Of a DNA stretch of 64,000 bases, positions 37,928-48,102 are shown piece by piece. The stretch comes from Methanobacteriota archaeon (GTDB lineage: Archaea > Thermoplasmatota > Thermoplasmata > Methanomassiliicoccales > UBA472), in NCBI GenBank assembly GCA_021372335.1, contig JAJFUR010000056.1:693-64692 (forward strand), given 5' to 3'. Position 1 is the first letter of the stretch. Each line of letters begins with the position of its first letter. Both the position numbers and the translations under genes were made by a program. The notes beneath the pieces are model-generated. The model saw only the letters and a list, made by a program, of their open reading frames with translations, did no database searches and was not told where the DNA came from.

Positions 37928-39229
37928 TCACTTGCGCTTGAGGACGAACCTCCGTATCATGCTCCCCAGGGGGGACCTGCCCTTCTCCTCCGATCTGGCC
38001 ACCTTGCCCGTGAGCAGGATGTCCTTCTTGAACAGCGTCACCGCCACGAGCATTGCGATGATGGCCACGACCGAGGTGTAGGCTATGCCCGAGAGCACCA
38101 GCGCATAGTTGTCGAACATCAGGGAGCGCATGGCTATCATTGGGTGGGAGAACGGGATGGCGAACACAAGCACCTTGGCCACCGTCGGCAGCGTGTCGAA
38201 GTCGGTGAACATCGTCACGAACATCGGGATCATGGCCAGGAAGGTCACCGGCAGGGTCATGGTCTGGGCGGCCTTGTAGTTCTTGGTGAATATGCCCAGT
38301 ATCATACACAGCGCCAGTGCGAACACCAGCGAGGCGAAGAGCGAGATCCCGACCAGGACGTAGTCGCCGACCCCGAGGGTCAGCCCGTACTCTCCCAGGT
38401 CGATCGACGCGGAACCCACCAACGAGTCGAAGTAATAGCCCATGCCGAACATGTAGATGATCGCCATGAGGAGCCCCACCAATGCCGCCCCGACGAGCTT
38501 CCCAAAGACGATGGAGGTGCGGCTGATGGGCATGGTGAGCAGGGTCTCCAGGGTCTTGTTCTCCTTCTCGGAGCCCATAGAGGAGATGACTATGCTGCCC
38601 GCGTAGATGATCACCATCATCACGATGAGCGGCATCACGAAGGATTGGGAGGACATAACGCCGGCTATCGCCCCAGGAGAGATGCCGTCCATCACCTTGT
38701 CCTTGAATATGGTCGTCTCCACGAGCTGGGTCGGCTGCAGGACGAGGGAGGCGTTCTCGGTCATCCCCATGGTTATCATATAGGCGGAGATGGCCTGGTC
38801 CACACTGGTGAGCAGGGAGGCGGCCACTTCGCTGGGCAGGGAGTCCATTAGCCCCGCCCCGTACATAACCCAGACGGCCTCGATCGTCCCCGTCCTGTTG
38901 TCCATTATATTGGACGTGAAGTTGCTGGGGATCACGAACAGGGACGAACCGCCGGCATCCTCCAGGGTGCCGAGCGCCTCCTTGACGTCGTCCCCGTTGT
39001 AGACGATCTCAGCGCTCGAGTTGAGCACCGCGAACGCCACCTGGCCAAGCTCACCGTTGTCCTCTATGACCACGGCGATCTTCTGGGGCTCGCTCATGGA
39101 CTCCTCCACGCCCCCGAACACCCCGCCCAGGGAGCCGAAGATCACCGCGATGATGATGACCGGGATCAGGGTGGCAGGGGTCAGCAGCTCCTTGACCTCC
39201 TTCTTGATGATCTTTGAAAGGTTGCTCAT
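37928..39229 (-). CDS. ABC-2-type transporter permease
   Basis: N-terminal TM, a large extracytoplasmic loop, then 5 TM helices. It overlaps the upstream ATPase gene by 4 nt. Confidence 0.75.
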   Translation of the reverse strand: MSNLSKIIKKEVKELLTPATLIPVIIIAVIFGSLGGVFGGVEESMSEPQKIAVVIEDNGELGQVAFAVLNSSAEIVYNGDDVKEALGTLEDAGGSSLFVIPSNFTSNIMDNRTGTIEAVWVMYGAGLMDSLPSEVAASLLTSVDQAISAYMITMGMTENASLVLQPTQLVETTIFKDKVMDGISPGAIAGVMSSQSFVMPLIVMMVIIYAGSIVISSMGSEKENKTLETLLTMPISRTSIVFGKLVGAALVGLLMAIIYMFGMGYYFDSLVGSASIDLGEYGLTLGVGDYVLVGISLFASLVFALALCMILGIFTKNYKAAQTMTLPVTFLAMIPMFVTMFTDFDTLPTVAKVLVFAIPFSHPMIAMRSLMFDNYALVLSGIAYTSVVAIIAMLVAVTLFKKDILLTGKVARSEEKGRSPLGSMIRRFVLKRK

Positions 39230-39945
39230 CCGCTCACCACCTTTACGAAGACGTCCTCGATGTTCTGCGCGTCGTACCTCTGCTTGAGGTCCGCGGGCGT
39301 TCCCTCCGCCACGATCAGGCCGTCGTTGATGAGGGCGATGCGGTCACAGAGCATCTCCACCTCCAGCATGTTGTGGGAGGACAGCAGCATCGTGGTGCCC
39401 TGGGCCGCGTAGGCCTTGACCGTCCGCCTGATCTCCCGGGCGTTGAGGACGTCCAGGCCCGAGGTCAGCTCGTCGAGGATGGCCAGCTTTGGCCTTATCA
39501 TCAGGGCGCGGGCCACGAGCAGGCGCCGGGCCATGCCCTTGCTGTAGGTGTCCACCTTGTCGTCTATCCTCTCCCCGAGGTTGGCGATCTCCATCCCCCG
39601 GGCGACGAGTTCGTCGGCCTTCTCGCCCTCGGCGAAGAACTCAGCGATGAACCTTAGGTACTCCCGCCCCCTTAGGTGCTTATAGGCCCCAGCGTCCTCC
39701 GGGAGGTAGCTGATGACCTTCCTCACCTCATCGGGCCTTTCCCTAAGGTCTATCCCGTGGACCATGACGCTCCCGCTGGTGATCTCCAGCAGGGTGGACA
39801 GGACGCGGAGGGTAGTGGTCTTCCCGGCCCCGTTGGGGCCGATGAGGCCGTAGACCTCCCCCTCCCTGACATCGAACGAGATGCCCCTCACTGCTTGGAA
39901 TCGTCCATAGCTCTTGACCAGGCCCTTTACCTCCACCGCGTTCAT
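39226..39945 (-). CDS. ABC transporter ATP-binding protein
   Basis: Walker A GPNGAGKTT, signature LSKGMARR-like YSKGMARRL, Walker B ILDELTSGLD. ATG 39945 is preferred. Confidence 0.9.
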   Translation of the reverse strand: MNAVEVKGLVKSYGRFQAVRGISFDVREGEVYGLIGPNGAGKTTTLRVLSTLLEITSGSVMVHGIDLRERPDEVRKVISYLPEDAGAYKHLRGREYLRFIAEFFAEGEKADELVARGMEIANLGERIDDKVDTYSKGMARRLLVARALMIRPKLAILDELTSGLDVLNAREIRRTVKAYAAQGTTMLLSSHNMLEVEMLCDRIALINDGLIVAEGTPADLKQRYDAQNIEDVFVKVVSG

Positions 39946-40143
39946 GGATTTCCCGAGGGAGGGGAAGCGATGAACCCTAATATAATTTATCATGATTCTA
40001 TAAAAAATCAGCCTTGGACGGAGGACCTATGCGAATGACCAGCGGTGCGCCCCGGAAGCGGCGGGACCTTGGCCGAGGGACGCGTGGTTCCAGAGCCTTT
40101 TGCCCTTCCGGGGATATGCCGGGAAGGGTCGCCTCGCCCAGGC

Positions 40144-41217
40144 TCATTCCCGATACCGGTAGCTGATGTTGCAGCTCCCCTCCCGGCTGACCATGCACGG
40201 GCCCATCGGCCTCTTGGGGGAGCACCCCTTCCCGAACGCGGGGCATTCCTCGGAGCGGATGATGCCCCTCAGGACCTCCCCGCACCGGCATCCGCCCATA
40301 TCCTCCTTGACGACAGGCGCGCCCTTCAAGACGTTCTCGTAGACCAGCCGGGCGTTGTGCTCCGCCAGATCCTCCGAGACCTCCAGGGCGCTGAGCGGCA
40401 GTACCGGGAAGCCCCGCCAGGCCCTGTCCACGGGCGTGAACGCCCTTTCGAGCAGCTCCCTGGCTCTGGGATTTCCCTCCGGCCGCACCACCCTCCGATA
40501 CTCGTTCTCCACCTCGCTCCGCCCTTCCTTGACCTGCTTGGCCAGCATGTAGACGCCCATCAGCAGGTCCAGGGGCTCGAAGCCGGTGACGACCTGAGGC
40601 ACCCCGTTGGGACCGGCGAACTCGGAGAACACATCCAGCCCGGTGATGGTGGCCACGTGCCCCGGTTGGATCAGGCCGTCGATGCGCACCTCACCCATCG
40701 CGAACAGCGCCCTGAGCGCCGGGGGCAGAAGCCTGTGGCAGCTCAGCACGCTGAAGTTCTTCGGGGGGTCGTTGAGCAGCGCATACGCCGTGGACGGGCT
40801 GGTCGTCTCGAAGCCGATGGCCATGAACACCATCCGGTCCACCTCATGGCTGAGCCTGAGGGCGTCCTCCACCGAATACACGACCCGCACGTCCGCCCCC
40901 TCGGCCTTGATGTCCGCAAGGGAGCCTATCGGGGTCGGGACGGCCATCATGTCCCCGAAGACCGTGATGGTCACCCCGGCCCTGGCCAAAGTTATGGCCT
41001 CCACGACCTCCTTCGTGGTGGTCACGCAGACCGGGCAGCCAGGCCCCTGCCCGATGGTGATCCCCGCCTCGGCGAGCATCCTTTCCAGGCCGAACCTCAC
41101 CAGGGTGTCCTGGTGCGTCCCGCAGACGTGCATGAAGCGCAGCCGCAGGTCCATCTCCCTCAGCCTGGCCAGGATCTTTTTGGCCATGGCCTCGTCCCGA
41201 TATCTCAGGTCCTTCAT
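40144..41217 (-). CDS. hypD: Hydrogenase maturation factor HypD
   Basis: FMHVCGTHQD, GPGCPVCV, GFETT, PxHVS-like PGHVATI, and C-terminal Cys motifs. ATG 41217 overlaps the hypA stop (ATGA). Confidence 0.9.
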   Translation of the reverse strand: MKDLRYRDEAMAKKILARLREMDLRLRFMHVCGTHQDTLVRFGLERMLAEAGITIGQGPGCPVCVTTTKEVVEAITLARAGVTITVFGDMMAVPTPIGSLADIKAEGADVRVVYSVEDALRLSHEVDRMVFMAIGFETTSPSTAYALLNDPPKNFSVLSCHRLLPPALRALFAMGEVRIDGLIQPGHVATITGLDVFSEFAGPNGVPQVVTGFEPLDLLMGVYMLAKQVKEGRSEVENEYRRVVRPEGNPRARELLERAFTPVDRAWRGFPVLPLSALEVSEDLAEHNARLVYENVLKGAPVVKEDMGGCRCGEVLRGIIRSEECPAFGKGCSPKRPMGPCMVSREGSCNISYRYRE

Positions 41218-41585
41218 TCCTGCACCACCTTCAATGACGTGACCCTGCACGATTGTCCCTTGAGCACCCGGACCTTTCCATGGCATCTCGGGCAGGCCAA
41301 CGAGGGCATGGCCATGTGGAACTCTTCCCCCACCATTTCCGCCTTCCCCCGGTACCCGCATGCCAGGCACTCTAGCTCGGTCCCCTCCGGCACTATCACG
41401 AGCCTGGAGCCCTCAAGGGGCGTTCCCCTGGTGATCACCTCGTAGGCGAACCGCAGCTGCTCCTCGCCCAGGAAGGTCAGCTCCCCCAGGACGAGCTGGA
41501 CCTCCTCCACGCGGAGAAAATCGTGCCTTTCCAGCTCCTTGAGCACGCTCTCCACGATGCCCGACATCACCGAGACCTCATGCAT
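41214..41585 (-). CDS. hypA: Hydrogenase nickel-insertion protein HypA
   Basis: MHEVSVM N-terminus (MHE nickel site). Zinc motifs CLACG ... CPRCHG. Confidence 0.9.
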   Translation of the reverse strand: MHEVSVMSGIVESVLKELERHDFLRVEEVQLVLGELTFLGEEQLRFAYEVITRGTPLEGSRLVIVPEGTELECLACGYRGKAEMVGEEFHMAMPSLACPRCHGKVRVLKGQSCRVTSLKVVQE

Positions 41586-41706
41586 CCTTTACGCCAATCC
41601 CTGAACCATTATTAATTGGATCCCCCGGCAAGGGCGGGGCGAACGAAGGACCGCTGGCCCGAAGCAACCTAGATATAGCCCCAGGGGAATACGAAAGCCG
41701 TTTCCC

Positions 41707-41985
41707 ATGCCAGAGGAAAGACCGCATGATGCCATGGAGTCCATCATCGAGGGCAAGAAGATGGAGGCCTACGCGGAGCACCGCACCAAGGACATGCACG
41801 TCTGCGCCCTGTGCGGGGCCATCGGCTACAGGAAGCGCCCCATGCGGCCCGTCGGCCAAAAGTGGGTCTGCATCGACTGCCTTAGGGCCCTGAAGGAGAT
41901 GCTTGAGGGGCTGGACCAGTGGGAGGCGGAGATCCAGCTGGAGAAGGAGATGGCCAAGAAGATCGATGAGACCATGCGCGCCTGA
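41707..41985 (+). CDS. Hypothetical zinc-ribbon protein
   Basis: CALCG ... CIDC pair followed by a charged helical tail. Start uncertain (41707 or 41734). Confidence 0.45.
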   Translation: MPEERPHDAMESIIEGKKMEAYAEHRTKDMHVCALCGAIGYRKRPMRPVGQKWVCIDCLRALKEMLEGLDQWEAEIQLEKEMAKKIDETMRA

Positions 41986-41990
41986 GCCCC

Positions 41991-42632
41991 TCATCCCTTC
42001 CTTTTATAGAACGCGCACACGTCCTTAACGGGACACAGTCCGCACTTGGGATTTCTGGGCAGGCACACCTTCTGCCCGAAGCGGACCATGGTCCCGTTGA
42101 TCTCGCACCAGAGGGCCCGGGGGAAGAGCCTCCTGAGGGCCATCTCTGTCCCTTCCGGCGTGGCGCAGGTGACCAGCCCAAGCCGGTTGCTGATGCGGTG
42201 CACGTGCGTGTCCACGCATATCGCCGGCTCCTTGAACGCGTAGGCCAGGACGCAGTTGGCGGTCTTTCGGCCGACCATGGGCCATTCCATCAGCCTGTCT
42301 ATGTCCTTAGGGACCCCTCCGTTCTCCACCACCAGACGTGCGATCTCCTTGATAGCCTTGGCCTTAGCCCGATGGAACCCGACCGGACGCACCAGGGCCT
42401 CCAGCTCGGCTAGGTCCGCGGCGGCCATCGCCTCCGGGGTGTTGAACCGCCTGAACAGCTCCGAGGAGGCCCGGGAGGTGTTCAGGTCCCGGGTCCGTTG
42501 CGAGAGCACGGTGGCCACCAGCACGTGGAAGGGGTCCTTCTCCCACCAGGGGTCCTCCTCGTCGATCAGGCCCGGGAAGGCCGTCCCCTTCACCGCGCCC
42601 TGCATGGAGCGCAGCAGCCATCTAAGGTCCAT
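41991..42632 (-). CDS. nth: Endonuclease III (HhH-GPD DNA glycosylase with [4Fe-4S])
   Basis: HhH-GPD region VGRKTANCVL..VDTHV and C-terminal cluster CLPRNPKCGLCPVKDVC. Confidence 0.9.
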   Translation of the reverse strand: MDLRWLLRSMQGAVKGTAFPGLIDEEDPWWEKDPFHVLVATVLSQRTRDLNTSRASSELFRRFNTPEAMAAADLAELEALVRPVGFHRAKAKAIKEIARLVVENGGVPKDIDRLMEWPMVGRKTANCVLAYAFKEPAICVDTHVHRISNRLGLVTCATPEGTEMALRRLFPRALWCEINGTMVRFGQKVCLPRNPKCGLCPVKDVCAFYKRKG

Positions 42633-43908
42633 GTCGGCCCTCCAAGTGCTGCATCGCTTCGCCGATAGTATAGAGCGAGCCGCTGACCATAAGGAATCCG
42701 TCCCTGCCGGCGATCCCCTCCGCGACGTCGATGGCCGCCCCCACGCCCTCCACTGCCTGGCAGCTTCGCGCGTAGGGGGCGGCGGCAGCCAACATCCCCT
42801 GGGCGCTCAGCGCCCTCGGGGAGGCGGAATTGGTGCACACCACGTGGTCGAACAGGGGCGCGAGCTGTGCCATCGTCCCCCGGGCGTCCTTGTCCCTGAG
42901 CATGCCGATGACCAGCACCCTCGGCCTGCCGGGGAAGACGTCGAGTTCGGCGGCCACCGTCCTCGCCCCATCCGGGGTGTGCGTCACATCAAGGACGGTC
43001 AGGGGAGAACGGCGCACCACGTCCAGGCGCCCTGGCCATCGGGCCCTGGAGAGGCCCTCGATGATGCTCTCCCTCGGGACCTCGGTCCATCTGCCGACCT
43101 CCAACGCCACCTCGGCGGCCACCGCGGCGTTCTGGCATTGGTAGCCTCCTACCATTGCCAGCCTTACGTCGGCGTCGATGGAACTGAGGCGGACGGTCGC
43201 TCCGTCCATTGCGCGGGCGACGCACTCGCCGGCGAAGTCCCTTCCGTAGGCCCTCAGAGGCGCGCCCCTGACCTTGGCCATCCATGAGATGGTGCGCGCT
43301 ACGGAGGAAGGCTGGAGCGATGAGATGACCGGCACTCCCTCCTTGATCACCGAGGCCTTTTCATAGGCGATCTTTGGGAGCGTGTCCCCGAGGACCGTTG
43401 TGTGCTCCAGGCTTATCGGGGTGACCGCGCAGCATCTGGGCCGGACGACGTTCGTGGCGTCCAGGCGCCCCCCCATGCCCACCTCGATGACCGCCTCCTC
43501 CACGCCGCTGGAGGCGAAGTGCAGGAAGGCCAGGGCGGTCGTGATCTCAAAGAACGTCAGCGGCCTCGGGAACGTTCCCGATTCGACGGTCTCCCGCATC
43601 TCGGAGACCGCCCTCCCGAGGCGCGCCTCGCCCATCTCCTGTCCGTCCACCGTCATGCGCTCCGCGAAGCGCACGAGGTGGGGGGAGGTGTAGAGCCCGG
43701 TCCTATGCCCGGCCGCCCGTAGGACCGAGGCGGTCATGCATGCCACCGAGCCCTTGCCGTTGGAACCCGCCACGTGGACGACCCCGAAGCGCTCCTGAGG
43801 GTCCCCCAGCATCCTCAGGAGGGCCCGGACGTTGGAGAGGCCGAGCTTGATGCCCGCGTTCTCGAGCGAATAGAGCCACTGCAGGTCCTCCTCGAGGGTC
43901 GTGCTCAT
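42622..43908 (-). CDS. folC: Folylpolyglutamate synthase/dihydrofolate synthase (Mur-ligase family)
   Basis: P-loop VAGSNGKGS. The N-terminus and overall length match FolC. Confidence 0.8.
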   Translation of the reverse strand: MSTTLEEDLQWLYSLENAGIKLGLSNVRALLRMLGDPQERFGVVHVAGSNGKGSVACMTASVLRAAGHRTGLYTSPHLVRFAERMTVDGQEMGEARLGRAVSEMRETVESGTFPRPLTFFEITTALAFLHFASSGVEEAVIEVGMGGRLDATNVVRPRCCAVTPISLEHTTVLGDTLPKIAYEKASVIKEGVPVISSLQPSSVARTISWMAKVRGAPLRAYGRDFAGECVARAMDGATVRLSSIDADVRLAMVGGYQCQNAAVAAEVALEVGRWTEVPRESIIEGLSRARWPGRLDVVRRSPLTVLDVTHTPDGARTVAAELDVFPGRPRVLVIGMLRDKDARGTMAQLAPLFDHVVCTNSASPRALSAQGMLAAAAPYARSCQAVEGVGAAIDVAEGIAGRDGFLMVSGSLYTIGEAMQHLEGRHGP

Positions 43909-44708
43909 TCATTCACCTCCCGGGTCCATCTACCGAGCGGCATTCCCGCGGCCGAGGCCATGCGCTTCATGGCCCTCATCGTCCCCGAGCCGTACTGGGC
44001 CGCCTTCTTGGGGGCGCGGGCCACGCTCAGTCCGAGCCCTAATGCCAAATCGCGCAGGGGCCCCTTATTTCCCAGCTCCCCCCTGAGCGCGGTCGGCGGG
44101 ACCGCCTCGGCCGCCTTGATAGTCTCAGGGCTGAGGTAAGGGCAGACCAGCCTCTTGCCGAACAGCGTCGCCAGGCGCTCCTCTCGAGGAAGGCCCTCCG
44201 CGAGCAGCGCGCGCAGATCCTCCTTCATAGATCTGCCCCGTTCTCCATCGGTCATATGCGCGTACCGAGCGTACCCTCCGAACAGCTCGTCCGCGCCTTG
44301 GCCGCTCAGGAGGACGCCCTCGGGAACGGTCGCGCAGACGATGTAGAGAGGAAGCTCGAACGAGATGACGACCGGGTCGCTCAGGCCCAGACGCTCTCGG
44401 AGGAAGATCACCGCTGCCCGGAGCGCATCATCGTCCAGAACGATCCCCTTCCAGGGAAGCCCGAGCTCCCCGGCGGCCCTCTCCCCTGCCTTCAGATCGT
44501 GGGAGCCCGGGTAGCCGACGGTGTACAGGCGCATGTCGGCGCACTGGCGGGCGAGCGCGACGAGAAGGACACTGTCCAGGCCGCCTGAGAAGAGGACGGC
44601 CGTCGGGCCGGTCAGCTCCCGTCGCAGGGTGGCGGTCAAAGCTCCCTGTAGCCCGTTTCCAATGTCGTCCTGCAGCGCGGGAAGCCCCATGATGGTCCTC
44701 CCGGTCAT
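43905..44708 (-). CDS. Asparagine-synthase-domain PP-loop ATP pyrophosphatase (no glutaminase domain)
   Basis: PP-loop AVLFSGGLDS. LSGQGADELFGGY is typical of the AsnB C-terminal domain. Confidence 0.65.
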   Translation of the reverse strand: MTGRTIMGLPALQDDIGNGLQGALTATLRRELTGPTAVLFSGGLDSVLLVALARQCADMRLYTVGYPGSHDLKAGERAAGELGLPWKGIVLDDDALRAAVIFLRERLGLSDPVVISFELPLYIVCATVPEGVLLSGQGADELFGGYARYAHMTDGERGRSMKEDLRALLAEGLPREERLATLFGKRLVCPYLSPETIKAAEAVPPTALRGELGNKGPLRDLALGLGLSVARAPKKAAQYGSGTMRAMKRMASAAGMPLGRWTREVNE

Positions 44709-44755
44709 CGCTGAATAGCATTAATAATCATTAGGATAATACCACAGCAGAGCAC

Positions 44756-45205
44756 ATGGACAATGTCACTAGGATCGGCGTCTCCCTGGAACCGGAGCTG
44801 CTGGAGGACTTCGACAAGCTCATTGACCGCAAGGGCTACATCACACGTTCTGAGGCCATAAGGGACCTTATCCGGAGCGCGCTGGCCAAGGAGATCATCA
44901 AGGAGGATGAGAACGCGGCCGTCTTCGGGACAATCACCCTCTTCTATAACCACAACAAGAGCGGGGTCAAGGAGCGGCTCATGGAGATCCAGCATGAGCA
45001 CCATCAGCACATCCTCTCGTCCATCCATGTGCATCTGGACATCGAGCAGTGCCTGGAGGTCCTCATCGTCAATGGCACTGTCAAGGAGGTCAAGCAGTTG
45101 TCCGATGAGCTGGGTAGCGTCAAGGGAGTCATCCACCGGACGCTGCATCGCACCCCGGTCAGCTTGGGCGAGGAGTCCGCTCACGCTCATCTCCATGAGC
45201 ATTGA
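44756..45205 (+). CDS. nikR: Nickel-responsive regulator NikR
   Basis: Ribbon-helix-helix N-terminus (TRIGVSLEPELLEDFD), then an ACT-like domain with His-rich sites (HEHHQHILSSIHVH) and a His-rich C-terminus. Confidence 0.85.
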   Translation: MDNVTRIGVSLEPELLEDFDKLIDRKGYITRSEAIRDLIRSALAKEIIKEDENAAVFGTITLFYNHNKSGVKERLMEIQHEHHQHILSSIHVHLDIEQCLEVLIVNGTVKEVKQLSDELGSVKGVIHRTLHRTPVSLGEESAHAHLHEH

Positions 45206-45260
45206 TCCGCAAGGATGGGGCAGATAACCTTTTTAACTGTTGATTCTTGATGCCCTCCCG

Positions 45261-47705
45261 ATGAAGAGACTGGTCATCTCGGAGAAGTCCAACGCCGCGG
45301 CGCGCATCGCCACCATCCTCTCGGACGGAGGGGCGAACCGGCGGAGCGCACGCGGGGTCCAGGTGTTCAATTTCGAAAGGGATGGGGACGAGTGCTATGT
45401 CGTAGGCCTGAGGGGCCATATCGTTGAGCTCGACTACCCCCCTGAGTTCAACGACTGGTCGAAGGTTGATCCCATCGACCTGGTGAAGGCCAGTCCTGCC
45501 AAGCGGGTCACCGCCCTGAACATCCTGCACACGCTCAGCGAGCTTGCGGCGGAGTGCGACGAGGTCATCATCGCCACCGACTATGACCGGGAAGGGGAAC
45601 TGATAGGCCTAGAAACGGTGACGCTGCTGGAAAGGCCCCCGCGCTCCGTGCGCCGGGCCCGCTTCAGCGCCTTGACGAAGTACGAGATAGAGAGGGCGTT
45701 CAAGGAACTCACCGATCCCGACCACCGTCTGGCCGAATCGGCCGAGACCAGGCAGATAATCGATCTGGCTTGGGGCGCGGCACTCACCCGCTTCCTTTCC
45801 CTCGCCAGCGGCCAGATGGGTAACAACTTTCTATCGGTGGGGAGGGTGCAGAGCCCTACCCTAACCCTGATCGTGGACCGCCACAGGGAGATCACCGAGT
45901 TCGTGCCCGAGCCCTATTGGACCGTTTCGGCCAAGATGCGCAAGGGGGAGGATTTCATTGGAGAGCATGCCGCCAACCCCTTCAAGGACGAGGCCCTGGC
46001 CGAGGCCTGCCGTACGCGCGCGGACAAGGGCTCCGGCACGGTCGTACGCATGGAACGGAAGGAGAGGGATGAGTATCCACCGGCGCCCTTCAACACCACC
46101 ACCATGCTCAGCGAGGCCAACAAGCTCGGCCTCTCGCCGTCCATGGCCATGAAGGTGGCGGAGGACCTGTACACCGCCGGGTACATATCATACCCCAGGA
46201 CGGACAACACGGTCTACCCGAGGTCCCTGGGGCTCAGGACCATCCTTGAGAAGCTGAGGAGGTCCGACCTGGGCAAGGAGGCGGAGGAGGTATTGGCCCA
46301 GGAGACCATCCGCCCGTCCCGGGGCAAGGTGGAGACCACCGACCATCCCCCCATCTATCCGACGGAGGCGGCCACCAAGAAGGAGCTTAAGGGGGCCAAG
46401 TGGACCGTCTACGAGCTGGTGACCAGGCGTTTCCTGGCGACGCTGGCCCCCCCGGCCCGCTCCGAAACGGCGAGATGCGAGCTGGACCTGGGAGGGGAGC
46501 CTTTCCACGCGGACGGGTACCGCATCCTGTCCCCGGGCTGGCGCAGGTACTATCCATATTGGCGGGTGAACGAGGTCCTTCTGCCCGATCTCAAGGCCGG
46601 GGACCAGGTGGAGGTCCTGGAGGTCAGGAACGAGCGGAAGGAAACGCGCCCGCCCTCGAGATATTCCCAGGGTTCGCTCCTCCAGGAGATGGAGCGCCTG
46701 GGACTGGGGACCAAGTCCACCAGGCATGAGATCGTCCAGAAGCTCTACGACCGCAAGTACGTGAACGGGAACGACCTGGTGCCCACGCTCAGCGGGATAG
46801 CGGTCGTCAACGCCTTGGAGAAGCACGCGAAGATAGTCACGGAGAGCAGGATGACCGCGCAGCTCGAGAAGGACATGGACGCCATCGCCAGGGGGGAGTC
46901 CTCCCTGGCCGAGGTTGTCCAGGAATCCCAGGCGATGCTGCTGGACGTGATCAGGGTGATGAGCGAGCATAGGATGGAGATCGGGGAGGAGATCCGGAGC
47001 GCCCTTCAGGAGCAGCGCTTCATCGGCACCTGCCCCAAGTGCGGCAAGGACCTCAGGCTCATCCGGTCCAGGAAGGGGTCCGAGTTCATCGGCTGCTCCG
47101 GCTACCCGGAATGCGACGTCACCTATCCCAAGCCAGGAGGAGCGCTTGTGCAGCCGACGGACGAACGATGCGCGACCTGCGGCCTGCCGGTCGTCAAGGT
47201 GATCCGCCGGGGTTCCCCGGTCAGAATGCAGTGCATCGATCCGGACTGTGCGAGCAACCAGGGCAGGGAGGCGGTCGGGGCGTGCCCTGAGTGCGGCAAG
47301 GAGCTCCGGGTGCTCTACTCCAGGGCGGGGAAGCGCTTCATAGGATGCTCTGGCTATCCGGAGTGCAAGCGCACCTATCCCCTGCCCCAGTTCGGGACGC
47401 TCGAGTTCCTCGGGGAGGTGTGCCCTGAGTGCGGGGCCCCGGTCCTAAGGGTCAAGGGAAGGGGCGGCTGGCGCTTCTGCGCGAACATGGAATGCCCGAC
47501 AAGCAAGAAGGCGGGGTCCGGACAGGGGGCCAAAGCGAAGGGGGAAGGTAAGAAGCCCCCCGCCAAGAGGTCCGCGCCGAAGAGGCCGGTCAAGAAGGCG
47601 GACGAGGACGTTGGGACCGAGGGGGCGGGGAAGAAGGCCTCCGGAAAGGCCAAGGGGCCTGCTGTCAAGAAGGCGGCCAAGACCGCGGTCAGCCCAAGCG
47701 AATGA
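45261..47705 (+). CDS. topA: DNA topoisomerase I (type IA) with multiple C-terminal zinc ribbons and a Lys/Ala/Gly-rich tail
   Basis: Toprim MKRLVISEKSNAA...DYDREGE, catalytic YISYPRTD, four CxxC..CxxC ribbons, and a basic tail. ATG 45261 is preferred to TTG 45240. Confidence 0.9.
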   Translation: MKRLVISEKSNAAARIATILSDGGANRRSARGVQVFNFERDGDECYVVGLRGHIVELDYPPEFNDWSKVDPIDLVKASPAKRVTALNILHTLSELAAECDEVIIATDYDREGELIGLETVTLLERPPRSVRRARFSALTKYEIERAFKELTDPDHRLAESAETRQIIDLAWGAALTRFLSLASGQMGNNFLSVGRVQSPTLTLIVDRHREITEFVPEPYWTVSAKMRKGEDFIGEHAANPFKDEALAEACRTRADKGSGTVVRMERKERDEYPPAPFNTTTMLSEANKLGLSPSMAMKVAEDLYTAGYISYPRTDNTVYPRSLGLRTILEKLRRSDLGKEAEEVLAQETIRPSRGKVETTDHPPIYPTEAATKKELKGAKWTVYELVTRRFLATLAPPARSETARCELDLGGEPFHADGYRILSPGWRRYYPYWRVNEVLLPDLKAGDQVEVLEVRNERKETRPPSRYSQGSLLQEMERLGLGTKSTRHEIVQKLYDRKYVNGNDLVPTLSGIAVVNALEKHAKIVTESRMTAQLEKDMDAIARGESSLAEVVQESQAMLLDVIRVMSEHRMEIGEEIRSALQEQRFIGTCPKCGKDLRLIRSRKGSEFIGCSGYPECDVTYPKPGGALVQPTDERCATCGLPVVKVIRRGSPVRMQCIDPDCASNQGREAVGACPECGKELRVLYSRAGKRFIGCSGYPECKRTYPLPQFGTLEFLGEVCPECGAPVLRVKGRGGWRFCANMECPTSKKAGSGQGAKAKGEGKKPPAKRSAPKRPVKKADEDVGTEGAGKKASGKAKGPAVKKAAKTAVSPSE

Positions 47706-48102
47706 GGGCTTCCTGCTCGACCTCCAGGTCCTCTATGGTCATCGTTTCCAGGCCAGGGAAGCTGCGGGCGGCGCAGGTCGCCACGATGCGCGCGAGTTCT
47801 CTCTTCGCAAGCCCATACTGCAGGACGTTCACGATCACGTCCATCTCCGCCCTGGGGGTCTCGAACCTACCCCGGCAGCGCACCCGGGCATCGTGGTCGG
47901 TGACGCTGCAGGCGATGACCTCCTCGCCGCCCTCCACCATGCTCTTTATATGCCCGATCAGCCGGGTCCCCGCCTCCAGGCAGTCCATCGCCACCCCGCC
48001 AAGGAAGCTCTCCAGCATTGCCTGCAATCTGTTGGCCTCGACCGGGGCGGGAAACCTTAGGCGAATGCGGGCGGCGTAGGCGGCAAAGTCCTCGGTTATC
48101 AT
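47689..48102 (-). CDS. CobW C-terminal-domain-like protein (separate 137-aa ORF)
   Basis: ATG 48102 in an ATGA overlap with the upstream GTPase stop. The pattern ..RLRFPAPVEANRLQAML..LIGHIKSMV.. resembles the CobW_C domain. The rest of track ORF 47689-48510 is shadow. Confidence 0.55.
   Translation of the reverse strand: MITEDFAAYAARIRLRFPAPVEANRLQAMLESFLGGVAMDCLEAGTRLIGHIKSMVEGGEEVIACSVTDHDARVRCRGRFETPRAEMDVIVNVLQYGLAKRELARIVATCAARSFPGLETMTIEDLEVEQEALIRLG

Noticed and set aside
47689-47705. Convergent 3'-end overlaps: topA with the CobW_C-like gene (17 nt), and the helicase with PGI/PMI at 61413-61435 (23 nt). These were considered as possible antisense regulation.
   Set aside because: Short convergent overlaps are common in compact archaeal genomes. 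Nothing else points to regulation.
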